A stretch of DNA of 64,000 nt, taken from positions 18,476,001 through 18,540,000 of the forward strand of contig OX597832.1 of NCBI GenBank assembly GCA_951406725.2. Direction: 5' to 3'. The notes under the pieces are model-generated. The model ran no database searches, had not been told where the DNA came from, and was given only the letters and a program-made list of their open reading frames with translations. The position numbers were made by a program, and so were the translations under genes. This stretch comes from Octopus vulgaris. Taxonomy: Eukaryota. This document shows, one piece after another, positions 25,447 through 39,742 of the stretch (its first letter is position 1; the number at the start of each line of letters is the position of its first letter).

Positions 25447-25651
25447 CAGAGATGTACTTGCATAGCGAGTGACTTGATCTGAGATCGTGTGCTGGAAGGA
25501 AAACTATAGCAGCGTGGAAGGTGTGTATAAGCCATTTAAGAAACACACAAAACCGTTAGATTCACTTCAACATTTAAATTTAATTTGTCAAAGTATTTTC
25601 GTCGCTTTGAGACCGCGACCTGTTCAGTGACAAAACTTCGTGCTGCATCTG
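25447..25651 (-). mobile_element. Short Penelope-like repeat with an atypical hammerhead-like fold, in TA-rich sequence (duplicate ~36472-36676)
   Basis: Minus 25634-25584 reads TTTGTCA-CTGAACAG-GTCGC(loop)GCGAC-GAAA-ATACTT-TGACAAA. Confidence 0.45.
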
Positions 25652-25662
25652 TTTATACATAC

Positions 25663-25707
<45 letters not shown>

Positions 25708-25708
<1 letters not shown>

Positions 25709-27013
25709 TAGTAAACGCACCCGTCCTTTGGACGGTTTATGTTGCTTTCGTGCTATTTTTTTCATCAAATAATTGAACTACCGGGAAGGTTTATGTGTAG
25801 CATGGCAATCTGTTTCTGATTAACATAGGAACGGAAAATCAAACTGAAGGCTGGTTATTGTGGAGGTCGTTGCACTTTGATTATCATAGAACATATAAGT
25901 TTGCAAGCGATGTAAAGTAGAGCTACTGAAGTATTTTGGGAGTAGATTACGGATAATGACTACAAAATATAGTTGTTCTACATGAAAGCGAAATTTCTAG
26001 TCAGAAACAGCCACATAAATGGTGTAAGGAAATTGAAGGAAGATGTTGAAACTTCCCCTCTGCGAGTTTATTTTTTTCAACAGAAAAGGGAGCTATTTTT
26101 TTCGGAGAGAAAATCTAACAAAAGCCCCTTTATTCTATCTTCCTACATAGCGTGCACATAAATTAACAGCGGATGCTGCATAAAGTTAAATTGGTATGGA
26201 GCTTCCTGAAAGATACGTATAGCTTTCGCTAGTAGAAGCAAAACTCTTATTTAAAGGTTGATTCTTTGGGACGAATCATATGTGAATCATAAGGCTAGAA
26301 TTGCAATGCTAAAACCTATTTTAAACAATGGACAGTGGTCGAAATAGCATAATGGCTGGGTAAAGACGCATCCTTAAAGTGAAACAGCGGTATGAAAGGT
26401 AAAAAAAAAAGGTATCAAGAATCAGAAGAGAGGGAAGGGGATATCATCTTTCAAGTAACTCAGAATAGGTAAAGGTAAGGTTGCCAAAGTTTAATGCAGT
26501 TTCAATACGTAGATTAAGATAGTTTAGTATTGGATAATCCTCACGTATATTTTTCCTAGTCAACTGAATCACCGTCGTAAGTGGACAGCAGAAATAATTA
26601 GACGAAATCCTTTCACTTTTATAAAAATATTAAAATGAAGGTGAGGGCAAAAGGCACTCGGTTTTTCACAATGAGAATTCGTTTCCTAGTAGCCGGAATT
26701 TCACGACAAAATGTATGTTTATTAAGCACAACAGCCTACAGTGAATGCCACTCGGCATTAAAAGCCAATCCCACAAACCTAGAGGGGTTCTGGCCCCCCT
26801 TGAAGCGATACAAAATCACTCTTTTTGCCATAGCAACCACATCTTTATAGCTTGAGAATTTTAACCATTGCGGGTCGCATCCTCATCACGCATTTAGTAT
26901 CCCGCCAATTTTCAACTCAAACCTAGCCTCGGTTTGGCCGCCATGAACTGTCAAAGCAAAATGTGCATCCAATTTCGTCCAAGGACTGTTTATATATATA
27001 TAAACTGAATAGA
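25708..27013 (-). mobile_element. Non-autonomous Helitron (~1.3 kb)
   Basis: Minus strand starts A|TC. It ends with hairpin CCGTCC-AAA-GGACGG about 10 nt before CTAG|T, next to a (TA)n tract. The 5' boundary is inferred. Confidence 0.6.
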
Positions 27014-27359
27014 TCTTCCAGTGTTTTTGTGTTTCACGTTAATTTCAAGATTTAGGAATGAAAAACCGCATTGTTTTTTAATCAAAATTCTTAACAGAGA
27101 AGCTTATTAACCGTCAAAAACTTTTAGCAATGAATATTTAGATTTTTCTGCAAGTTGCAATCTTGCAGCTATCAATTGTTCCATTGTGAGTCTTAACGCT
27201 GTTTTCAGGATTACTAATGATTTGATTAAGAATATTCTAAGGCTTTAAATATTTGTACGATTTCAAAATATTGTTTGAACGCTTCTCATGATTTCCGACA
27301 AAACATACGCGCGCCACCATATGTATATATATATATAGGGAGAATGTCATTACGCTACA

Positions 27360-27600
27360 GAAAATGCTTTTAGTATTTAGTAAATGTTTGCGACATGTCT
27401 TGTGACTAGCAAGTGTCATATGCATTTGCTAGAAGGAAAGTGTCTCGGATTTTATATCAAGTCCTCTTTACGAAATATAAGTTTTAAGATGGACCTGTGT
27501 TTCACATGATTTGCAACCATCGTAGATCACTTCTTTTCAAACCGATCGATTGTCTTTCACTTGCTACCACTGTGCAACATCGACCATAAATAGCTAAAGG
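27360..27600 (-). mobile_element. Possible very decayed RTE-clade LINE 3' remnant
   Basis: Fragments VKDNRSV*KEVIYDG and MTLASHKTCRK loosely echo RTE MxDxRLPKQxLYG and xLAxDRxxWR. Confidence 0.25.
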
Positions 27601-28619
27601 TTGTTTTGGGCGGCAGCCCTAAAACGTTTCTTAGGTTTATGTCTTAGGTTTATGTCTTAGGCGTTTATCACATTACACCTTCGCACAAAGCAATTGCTTA
27701 TATAATGTCATCCTCCATGTTAATAACGGATCCAGCTAAACGCATCTAAGAGGATCAAAATATTGGATATGTTTGTTCGATGAAGGACAACCGTGTTTGG
27801 TGTTAGAATCTGCCATTAGATGTTTACATTCGTCCTAAGTCAACTTGAGGGAATGTTCCCAAGGGTTTCATGTGACCAATAATTTTCCACATCAACATTC
27901 TCACTGTTAAGTTCATAAATCAACAAACATGAGACGAAATTTTTAAACAAATGAAAGTAATATTTCTCTAAAACTACCTATCATTCTAATATCCATATTA
28001 CTATACAGCTAGTTCTATTATATCAGTGTAATATATCGCTGCACCTCGAACGTAGATTATTCTCTTATTATATGTTAGGACAAAGCAGACTACTATGTAA
28101 AGAGAGATAAAAAAAATAACGCAAGTCTTACTAACATAGTGTTGTTGACTTTGAATTCCATCTACATGAAATGAAAACATAAACAATAAACAATAAGTAA
28201 AGCAGTCGTGTACTGAAGGTATTTATGCTTCTTTAAGTTCATACAGGTTTTATTGCGACACTTGTGCCTTGAGATCCGCATCTTCCAAAGAAAACTTTCT
28301 ATTTATCATTACATCGCCTATACTCTAAGGGTCTGGTTAAATATTTTCGATGATAAAATCGAAAAATGTTTCTTGCTAAATATGTGATTATATCAGAAAA
28401 CCTGCCAATTATTATTACAAGGTTGGATCACGGTATGAGGTGTGTAGCGGAACCTAAAATTTTTATAAAAGAGATGTGCTAAATAGTTCAACCGCCTAAT
28501 TATTGTACTTTGTTTTGTGCATTTTGTCTAGATTTTTGAAAATCTGAATCTCTTTTGAGGTAGTAAGGATATACCGATTAGAAATACATGTTGAGATAAC
28601 GGCTATAAAACAGTTAACT

Positions 28620-28633
28620 CTCTCACTCACTCA

Positions 28634-28718
<85 letters not shown>

Positions 28719-28930
28719 AATAAATAGATATATAGATAGATATATGTATATATATAATCCTAAATCTACATCAACTTTTTAAATTGCATTCTTTTACAAA
28801 AATACTCACGATTCCAATATACTTTAATCACTGGTAAGTTATTTCATCACTGTATATAGATACAAACATATATACAAATATACATTTAAATATATATAAA
28901 TATATATGTATATATATTATATATTATATA

Positions 28931-29025
<95 letters not shown>

Positions 29026-29597
29026 GTATGTGTGTGTGTGTGTGTGTGTGTGTTTGAGTTTGCGTGTATGTGGACAGAAATGCGTGTTTGAATGCGAGCG
29101 TGTCCTCTACGTGTGACTTCTTACGTGTGTATAAACATATACAATAACGGACGTAAAAAAATACGTCATGACACGAATAACAGAAAAAGGTAACAATAAA
29201 TATTATGAGTATATAGAAAAAAAAATATATGAGACAAACAATAAAAAAATATATGCAAAAGAAAAAAAAAATGTTCACCATTGACCATCCCTTGCCGTCA
29301 CATTTTTTCCCGCTTGGTTAGATTGTCACCATCACTGGAGTCACCTAACTTTCATTGTTGGGTTTCGCGTGGGATTAGGCAGCAGACTGACGCCAGCTCT
29401 CGAATTTACACCAGTGCATAAGATTACATTATGGCGTTTGTCGTCTTTGTTTTATCGCTTTACATCCTACTTGCATTTGTTTATACACAAACACACACAA
29501 ACACACACACACACACACACACAAAAACACGAACACACACATACACACGCACCTTCACACACATAGATATATACATACACACATACATACATACATC

Positions 29598-29658
<61 letters not shown>

Positions 29659-29983
29659 AACATATATGTACGTACACACAGACACATACACATATACATG
29701 TAGAGGCATAGGTACGTACGTACGTATGTATGTATGTATGTATATATATATGAATGTATATATGTATATATGTATGCACGTATGTATGTATGTATGTATG
29801 TATGTGTATAGTTTAATTTCATATTGGTAACCGCTTTTGTAAGAATAATTGAGATAACACAGCGGAGACATAAGTGAATATATACCTATGTGTTTCTAGC
29901 TATCTTGCTAGCTAGTTATCTAATTATATATCCACCCATCTTCTTCCTCGTTCTCTCTATCTCCATACGTACACACATACATA

Positions 29984-30055
<72 letters not shown>
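28620..30055. repeat. Compound microsatellite zone: (CT)/(TA)/(AG), (TA)/(TG), (CA)/(TA)/(TATG)
   Basis: Direct inspection. Interleaved with short unique islands. Confidence 0.9.
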
Positions 30056-30057
<2 letters not shown>

Positions 30058-30104
30058 CAATTTTGATTTTGTGTGGATTCTATATTTCGTTGTGCTTAAA
30101 AACA

Positions 30105-30515
30105 TCCTCTCCACCCGGCTCCGACAGAAAGGTAATGGCGAACTTCTGCTGACTCTTTCCACACAACTGTGTCTCGCTCTTTCCTCTACATCTTGCAGCT
30201 CACCTGCGACGGACCAGCGTCTCGTCAAGGTGGGGAACCTATACGCCAACGAAACCGAGAAACCAGTTATCAAGTTAAGGGTGCCGAACTGGCAGCATCA
30301 TCAGCAAGCCGGGCAAAATGCTTACCGGCATTTCCTTCGTTCCTATGATCTAAGTTCAAATGAAGCCGGGGTCGGCTTTACCATTTACCCTTTCGGGGTT
30401 GACATTGCTTTTTACACTTTCGAGGTCGATCAAATAAGTACGTGTTGATCACTGGAAATGATCGCATCGACTTATGCCCTCCCCTGAAATTGCTAACCTA
30501 GTGCCAAAATGTAAC
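30105..30515 (+). mobile_element. Family B SINE body followed by a family-N SINE (duplicate ~41128-41538)
   Basis: GGCTCCGACAGAAAGGTAATGGCGAACTTCTGCTGACTC matches 61700-61735. A family-N head starts at ~30280. Confidence 0.75.
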
Positions 30516-30805
30516 ATCATTAAGTACTCAAGTCTTGTAATTAGACTTGTACAGGTAGTGGTATTATAGTCTATGCGAAGTAGTCTAATTTATCATGTAA
30601 AATTGCAGATTGTTGACACTAGTTTTAGAATTACTGCACCAGGACAAAATGTAAGACAAGATTTTACAAGCGTAACGATACGTTCATCTTAGAGTGCTAT
30701 AAAATGAAAACATTATTTAAAGAATATTGCCACAAGTAGTAAAAGATCATTCTTTATTGTAGAAACACAAGATATACCGAGAAAATCATTAAAACTTTTT
30801 AATGA

Positions 30806-30968
30806 AAACATCGACTCCATCTGGATAGAGGCGCACTAAATGCATCCTTATATTTCTGAACAAAGAAGATAGTGTCCCTCGCTTAGAGCTGAGTGGGAAC
30901 ACTATCCCCCTTGTCCTGAAATATGAGGACGCAATCAGTACCTAGAGAACCAGCTGGAGACGATGTTT
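30806..30968. repeat. ~160-bp imperfect palindrome (foldback MITE-like; duplicate 41829-41991)
   Basis: Paired arms: AAACATCGACTCCA / TGGAGACGATGTTT, TGCATCCTTATATTTC / GAAATATGAGGACGCA, GATAGTGTCCC / GGGAACACTATC. Confidence 0.8.
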
Positions 30969-31082
30969 AACTGGGGCTAAATAACAGCTACATTGGTCCT
31001 AATCGGGGCTGCTGCAATTTTAAGTTGGCAAATAAACTTTACTTTCTCTCTCTCTTTCTCTCTTGCTCTCTGTTTGTATGTA

Positions 31083-31148
<66 letters not shown>

Positions 31149-31252
31149 TATATAAAGTTAATCCATACAAGAAAACAAAAAGTCACAACAACGCAAGGAC
31201 ATGGAACAAATAAAGTATTATTGGACGCTCAGGAAAGAAGGGAAGATGGAGG

Positions 31253-31287
31253 GTTTAACGTTTCGAGCGGAGCTCTTCGTCGGAAAC
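31253..31287 (-). ncRNA. Minimal type I hammerhead ribozyme-like motif within a ~215-bp Penelope-like repeat (31155-31370)
   Basis: Minus strand reads GTTT-CCGACGA-A-GAGC-TCC-GCTC-GAAA-CG-T-T-AAAC: 4-bp stem I, U4C core variant, stem II and palindromic ACGT stem III. Confidence 0.6.
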
Positions 31288-31366
31288 ATAGGATAAGAAT
31301 AGATCCCGAGAAGGGAAGACAGAGGAAAAAAACGCCAGTGGTACTCACGAGGTCACATACTGAAAG

Positions 31367-31426
<60 letters not shown>

Positions 31427-32226
31427 TAGCATTAAAGATCCGTCGTTGCCGAGTCATAGTGCTAGTGCATGTATATATGTATATATATATGTGTGTACAT
31501 ATTACATTGAAATCGATATATATACATCTACACATAAAATGCAAACTACAAAGTTATATCTTGATATCGCTAGTGATAACAATACTCAAAATATATAAAA
31601 GACTGGAATTGTTAGCCCGTCTCTTGTAATTTCGTTCAATTGTATCTTGTCCTTCCTTTTGTGTAGAAGTGTGACTACAATCCAGCCTACCTCTACTTCG
31701 GGGCGGGTGCATTTAAAATGTTTTTTTCAGGGACGTCCTACGTCCCAGATATAAAGGTAAAAACAAAATATTTCCACTTTGCCAGTTCGATTCGAGTACT
31801 CCCTTGCACGCTCCGTTGACTCGAATCTTGCTTCTATTGTGGCGAATTTACCGCCTCTGATTAGATATTTTTCATAGTCCCACCAAGACACTTTTCGAAG
31901 GTGCTTTCCTCCATGTGTTCAAATCTTCTTTTTTCTCTACATTGTATACTTTATAGACAATAGTCTTTTCTTTAATTTAATTTTTTATTATCCATCAGGA
32001 CTATTCCATTTCTGCACGCTAATTTTATTTTTAATTTATTCCCATTCATGTGAAACCACTTATTCAAGTTAAAATCATTGATGCAATTTTATACCAATTG
32101 CTATTTTTACTTTTGTTATGTAACGATTATATTATACATTAGTTTGATTTTAATTATTACTTACTACATAAAATTCAATTGTTATTATTATTTTTATTGA
32201 TAAAGTGAAAGCATTTGACATAAAAT

Positions 32227-32326
32227 NNNNNNNNNNNNNNNNNNNNNNNNNNNNNNNNNNNNNNNNNNNNNNNNNNNNNNNNNNNNNNNNNNNNNNNNNN
32301 NNNNNNNNNNNNNNNNNNNNNNNNNN
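32227..32326. other. Assembly gap (100 N)
   Basis: Exactly 100 N, a typical scaffolding placeholder. Confidence 1.
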
Positions 32327-35300
32327 GTCGATGTATGTTTATGAGCGAAACACCTAAGCTCCACGCGGCTCTGACAAAGTCATCGGAGGGGCGATGTCTG
32401 CCCTGCGCGCACACACGAATAAAATAACATTTAATTTAATAACTATATGCTCAGACGAATTCATATTTCTACAAAATGACACCTAGTGTAATTTCCCCTG
32501 CCTATGGTATATGAATATGTAACAAAAAAAAAAAAAAAATTATTCATCCATCTTCCGGTTTTGAAGATATTCAAACCAAAATTTAATGAGTTCGAGCAAC
32601 TCATCCAATAAGTATATCTTTCCAATTTAGTGAAAATCCATTCAGCCATTTTCTAGTTATTTTGCAAACACACAGACAAAAAGGCGAAGATGAGCGACTA
32701 CAATACTCTGCTTTCGCTTACGCTCGCAGGGTAAATATAATAATAATACCAGATCCTACTTAACTCTTCATGACCGTGCCCACGTATATTAGCCATTCAA
32801 TGATTAAAGCAAGTAAAAGACAAATAATAAAATTTGTCTACATAACATCACATTATTTTATTCGAGTCGATAAGGAAATATGTTCGTAGTTTCTTACCAG
32901 CTAGAAATAGCAGACAAAATTTTCTTCACATTAAACTAATGCTTTCAAGTTTTGGCAAAAGGCCAGCAATTTCGGGAAATGTGCAGGTCGATTAGATTGA
33001 CCTCGTTGATCAATTGGTTCGTATTTTATCGGCCCCGAAAGGATAAAAGGCAAAATCGACCGCGGCGGAATTTGCACTCGCACATCAAGACGATAATAAA
33101 AACAACTTGTTTTATAAAGTGGCTTTGGATTACTTGTATATAGGGAAAATACGGGATGGTCAAGGCTAGCATGTGACTACTCCGATCTTAGGATATTAAG
33201 TCATACACTCAGATAGCACTGATTTGGGGCTCAACTGCCCCAACATCATCACCAAGCACTAGTTCCGAACACTATCTCGACTTCTAGAACTAATAGGGAT
33301 CTAATAGGGATGTTCTCTCGATTTCCAAGGCGTTTACGTTACAGAGATTAAAACATTAGACATGAAACGGACGCCAGATAATTACATTCATCTGATTGGA
33401 AGGAAGAAACGTGCGGAAAAAAGGTTTTTGCTGAAAACACAACATACCAGGCGGCCTGGGAATCGAAACTACGATCTAGCGATCGTGAGTGCAGCAAACT
33501 TACGACTACGCAACGCACATTTTCCTAAAAGAAAAAAATAAAATAAAATAACAGGGTTTCATTTATCAGCCGCAGGGCAGCAACAAAATTGAAAGTCGAT
33601 GACCTCAGCAAAATTTGAACCCAGAACGTAATTGAACATAACGAAATATCCACAAGGCAATTTGTCAGGAGTACTCCCGTTTCTATCATGCAACGCCCTT
33701 TTCTTTGTCCGTCATAGTGTTGACAAAATAGAATCGAATCAAAATCTATAATTAGTTACTTATGAATGCTTTCAAACTATGTGACACACACGCATCTGAC
33801 ACGCATATTTAGCTATGCTGTCTTCAGGTGAATGCGATGTCATGTATTTTTGACACGCTACGATAGATGCACGTACGAAGCATTCATTTATTTATTTAAT
33901 GATTTATTTATTTATGTATTTATTTATATTATTTATTTCCGTAACGCTTTCTCATGAATTGCCAGCAACATCTCTATTTTACGGTTTAATTGTCAGTTGA
34001 ACATCGTGAAACGTTCAATTTTAACACTAAAATCCTTTGGACCAGACTTTATATTTATTCGGAGGATATTCGGTGAAATTAGCTTGTCGAACGCGTGATG
34101 TTATCTCCTTAACTTCCTAATATTCTTTTATTTAATTGTTCCTCGGTTAAGATGTTACTAACGCTGTTACAAAATTCACGCACACACACATATATATATA
34201 TATGTTAATATTTATTTCTATGTTTAGTTATAATACAAGTAATTTTACTTGCATTACATTGATCTGATACCAGTAAAAACATCGTTGGCAAACCGACAGT
34301 TGCTTAACTGGCCGAAACTTGGAAACCCTTATCAACAATATTCTTATTTAGAAATAAAGTTGTTCCTTGCAAACCTATAGAGTAATGCCCTCGGTGTAAC
34401 CTAAAATTGTATATATATATACGATGGGCTTCTTTCAGTTTCCGTTTACCAAATCCACTCACAAGGCTTTGGTCGGCCCGAGGCTGTAGTAGAAACACTT
34501 GCCCAAGGTGCCATGCAAGGGGACTGAACCCGGAACCATGTGGTTCGTAAGCAAGCTACTTACCACTCAGCCACTCCTACGCCTACATGATAAGTTTTAA
34601 GTGAAAATACATTTTCACATTTGAAATGCAATCAAATCTGCATTATAATGTTTAGGTTTTAACTATAGAATATAAATGTTACATGGAACTTTTGACTTCA
34701 AAGGACAAGACTGATGATTCACCTATGTTCACACGCAAAAATACGCACACACATTCATGCGCAGAGATACATTAACGCGTTCAAACACCGACATAACTCC
34801 TTGAATCAGAAAATAAATCATGAATCTGTCCAGCACACTCTTTCTTATAGAGGCGTATAGCCAGAAATCTATGGTAAGTGGTTCTTCGGTTGCAAGGACT
34901 CGAGTTCTTCGTTAGCATTTGCTTTTGATAAATTCCGAAGTGAACCTATTAATATTTGAACAAAATTCATCGAAATCAAGAATGAATGCTCCAAAGCATA
35001 TTACCCGATTTTCTGACGATGTTACCTATTAATCGCCCTTGATCACTAAAATATCATACATTTAGAATTGCAGTTTCGACGTTTCATTTATTAGAAATAG
35101 AACTGATCCTGTATTTCGTGACAACTAAGCTACAAATAGTATCAACCATTTTTTACATGCAGTTACATTCGCTATCTCATTATCTCTCCCCTACCTCCAC
35201 GGCAGATCATTAATTAAATATTTTGTCCAAATTTTCCACCATAGAATGCTTCTCTCAAAAACAGTATAATTATTCAATTTCTTTGCCCTAAAAAGTTCAA

Positions 35301-36687
35301 ATTGATTGTCTAGCTCACTTATAATCGAATATCTACAATCCCTATTTAGGAACATCGATGAATAACGTAAGCGCTCAACCTCCTGAAATATCATCCGATA
35401 ATTAGGGCGTGGTGAAAAGGTCCTGGCTTTAAGGGTCTCACGAATGGCCAGGTTGGACGTCCAACCTCCTTCTGAGTTCTTTACAGAGTAAAAAACTGAA
35501 ACACTGACAGTTGCAATAACTGGGAATCTGAAAGGAGAATATGTTAAATTATATCATAATTAACTGATCCTCTTGTATTTTCTTTTACACAAAGCCAAGA
35601 ACTTTTTAGCACACTCTTGTAATTACAGTTTTAGTATATTGGAAAGCTATGCAGATCTAATGACGCAAATATTTCTGATCAATTTATTAAATTGCGTGCG
35701 TTCACGAATACTCAAAAGAACCTCTTCTCCTGGATCAAAATTGACCACTACAGAAGTGGTGTTTGTTCTTTCTCGAGCCACACCTGTCTCTTAAGGGCCA
35801 GTTTCCCGGTTTCATTGGCGTAGAGGTTCCCCACCTGGACAGGACGCCAGTCCGTCGCAGGCGAGCTGCAAGATGCAGGAGGAAAGAGTGAGAGTAACAC
35901 TACAGAAGTAGCATATTGCAAATATATATACTAAGTTTTAATGCATAATTGATGATTGTTTGGAATATTCTAACGATAAAGTCAATTCCTTTAATCTACA
36001 ACGGCGAAAATTTATATTGGGAAGCAAAACCTAGCTCTTGGTTTTCAATAGATTATGTAAGACAAAACTTTCCTCAAACATACATTACATACACGCACTC
36101 AAACACACTCACATATTTATACTCAGTTATATAAAAGCCTGCCTAAAATGTACGGTTTTACACTCACACCACACATACATAACGACACCCTTAATGTTGT
36201 ATTCACGTCACTAAGTAATAGAATAAGCATAAAATAGTCACGGTTGTATACACTGTAAAATCCTGTTGTTATATAAGGGCTACGAATAACCAACATTGTT
36301 ATTGTACGAGATGATAGGTTTATTGTCGCATTGTCACCTTTATAGCCTTATAGTTTGGAATTGGGTTTTCTGTTAACACAGAGAAATCTATTTATTTACT
36401 TACTTATGCACAAACATATATACGGATTTATATAAATATATTCATTTATGTATATTTGCTTATATATATTACAGAGATGTACTTGCATAGCGAGTGACTT
36501 GATCTGAGATCGTGTGCTGGAAGGAAAACTATAGCAGCGTGGAAGGTGTGTATAAGCCATTTAAGAAACACACAAAACCGTTAGATTCACTTCAACATTT
36601 AAATTTAATTTGTCAAAGTATTTTCGTCGCTTTGAGACCGCGACCTGTTCAGTGACAAAACTTCGTGCTGCATCTGTTTATACATAC

Positions 36688-36732
<45 letters not shown>

Positions 36733-36733
<1 letters not shown>

Positions 36734-38039
36734 TAGTAAACGCACCCGTCCTTTGGACGGTTTATGTTGCTTTCGTGCTATTTTTTTTCATCAAATAATT
36801 GAACTACCGGGAAGGTTTATGTGTAGCATGGCAATCTGTTTCTGATTAACATAGGAACGGAAAATCAAACTGAAGGCTGGTTATTGTGGAGGTCGTTGCA
36901 CTTTGATTATCATAGAACATATAAGTTTGCAAGCGATGTAAAGTAGAGCTACTGAAGTATTTTGGGAGTAGATTACGGATAATGACTACAAAATATAGTT
37001 GTTCTACATGAAAGCGAAATTTCTAGTCAGAAACAGCCACATAAATGGTGTAAGGAAATTGAAGGAAGATGTTGAAACTTCCCCTCTGCGAGTTTATTTT
37101 TTTCAACAGAAAAGGGAGCTATTTTTTTCGGAGAGAAAATCTAACAAAAGCCCCTTTATTCTATCTTCCTACATAGCGTGCACATAAATTAACAGCGGAT
37201 GCTGCATAAAGTTAAATTGGTATGGAGCTTCCTGAAAGATACGTATAGCTTTCGCTAGTAGAAGCAAAACTCTTATTTAAAGGTTGATTCTTTGGGACGA
37301 ATCATATGTGAATCATAAGGCTAGAATTGCAATGCTAAAACCTATTTTAAACAATGGACAGTGGTCGAAATAGCATAATGGCTGGGTAAAGACGCATCCT
37401 TAAAGTGAAACAGCGGTATGAAAGGTAAAAAAAAAAGGTATCAAGAATCAGAAGAGAGGGAAGGGGATATCATCTTTCAAGTAACTCAGAATAGGTAAAG
37501 GTAAGGTTGCCAAAGTTTAATGCAGTTTCAATACGTAGATTAAGATAGTTTAGTATTGGATAATCCTCACGTATATTTTTCCTAGTCAACTGAATCACCG
37601 TCGTAAGTGGACAGCAGAAATAATTAGACGAAATCCTTTCACTTTTATAAAAATATTAAAATGAAGGTGAGGGCAAAAGGCACTCGGTTTTTCACAATGA
37701 GAATTCGTTTCCTAGTAGCCGGAATTTCACGACAAAATGTATGTTTATTAAGCACAACAGCCTACAGTGAATGCCACTCGGCATTAAAAGCCAATCCCAC
37801 AAACCTAGAGGGGTTCTGGCCCCCCTTGAAGCGATACAAAATCACTCTTTTTGCCATAGCAACCACATCTTTATAGCTTGAGAATTTTAACCATTGCGGG
37901 TCGCATCCTCATCACGCATTTAGTATCCCGCCAATTTTCAACTCAAACCTAGCCTCGGTTTGGCCGCCATGAACTGTCAAAGCAAAATGTGCATCCAATT
38001 TCGTCCAAGGACTGTTTATATATATATAAACTGAATAGA
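36733..38039 (-). mobile_element. Non-autonomous Helitron (duplicate of 25708-27013)
   Basis: Same CTAG, hairpin and TC termini. Confidence 0.6.
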
Positions 38040-39659
38040 TCTTCCAGTGTTTTTGTGTTTCACGTTAATTTCAAGATTTAGGAATGAAAAACCGCATTGT
38101 TTTTTAATCAAAATTCTTAACAGAGAAGCTTATTAACCGTCAAAAACTTTTAGCAATGAATATTTAGATTTTTCTGCAAGTTGCAATCTTGCAGCTATCA
38201 ATTGTTCCATTGTGAGTCTTAACGCTGTTTTCAGGATTACTAATGATTTGATTAAGAATATTCTAAGGCTTTAAATATTTGTACGATTTCAAAATATTGT
38301 TTGAACGCTTCTCATGATTTCCGACAAAACATACGCGCGCCACCATATGTATATATATATATAGGGAGAATGTCATTACGCTACAGAAAATGCTTTTAGT
38401 ATTTAGTAAATGTTTGCGACATGTCTTGTGACTAGCAAGTGTCATATGCATTTGCTAGAAGGAAAGTGTCTCGGATTTTATATCAAGTCCTCTTTACGAA
38501 ATATAAGTTTTAAGATGGACCTGTGTTTCACATGATTTGCAACCATCGTAGATCACTTCTTTTCAAACCGATCGATTGTCTTTCACTTGCTACCACTGTG
38601 CAACATCGACCATAAATAGCTAAAGGTTGTTTTGGGCGGCAGCCCTAAAACGTTTCTTAGGTTTATGTCTTAGGTTTATGTCTTAGGCGTTTATCACATT
38701 ACACCTTCGCACAAAGCAATTGCTTATATAATGTCATCCTCCATGTTAATAACGGATCCAGCTAAACGCATCTAAGAGGATCAAAATATTGGATATGTTT
38801 GTTCGATGAAGGACAACCGTGTTTGGTGTTAGAATCTGCCATTAGATGTTTACATTCGTCCTAAGTCAACTTGAGGGAATGTTCCCAAGGGTTTCATGTG
38901 ACCAATAATTTTCCACATCAACATTCTCACTGTTAAGTTCATAAATCAACAAACATGAGACGAAATTTTTAAACAAATGAAAGTAATATTTCTCTAAAAC
39001 TACCTATCATTCTAATATCCATATTACTATACAGCTAGTTCTATTATATCAGTGTAATATATCGCTGCACCTCGAACGTAGATTATTCTCTTATTATATG
39101 TTAGGACAAAGCAGACTACTATGTAAAGAGAGATAAAAAAAATAACGCAAGTCTTACTAACATAGTGTTGTTGACTTTGAATTCCATCTACATGAAATGA
39201 AAACATAAACAATAAACAATAAGTAAAGCAGTCGTGTACTGAAGGTATTTATGCTTCTTTAAGTTCATACAGGTTTTATTGCGACACTTGTGCCTTGAGA
39301 TCCGCATCTTCCAAAGAAAACTTTCTATTTATCATTACATCGCCTATACTCTAAGGGTCTGGTTAAATATTTTCGATGATAAAATCGAAAAATGTTTCTT
39401 GCTAAATATGTGATTATATCAGAAAACCTGCCAATTATTATTACAAGGTTGGATCACGGTATGAGGTGTGTAGCGGAACCTAAAATTTTTATAAAAGAGA
39501 TGTGCTAAATAGTTCAACCGCCTAATTATTGTACTTTGTTTTGTGCATTTTGTCTAGATTTTTGAAAATCTGAATCTCTTTTGAGGTAGTAAGGATATAC
39601 CGATTAGAAATACATGTTGAGATAACGGCTATAAAACAGTTAACTCTCTCACTCACTCA

Positions 39660-39742
<83 letters not shown>

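Larger units (their letters stand above)
21304..32226 (+). repeat. Copy 1 of an ~10.9-kb direct duplication (probable false duplication at a scaffold gap)
   Basis: Near-identical to 32327-43250 (offset ~11023-11026), with paired identical ORFs in the track. It ends exactly at the N run. Confidence 0.97.
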
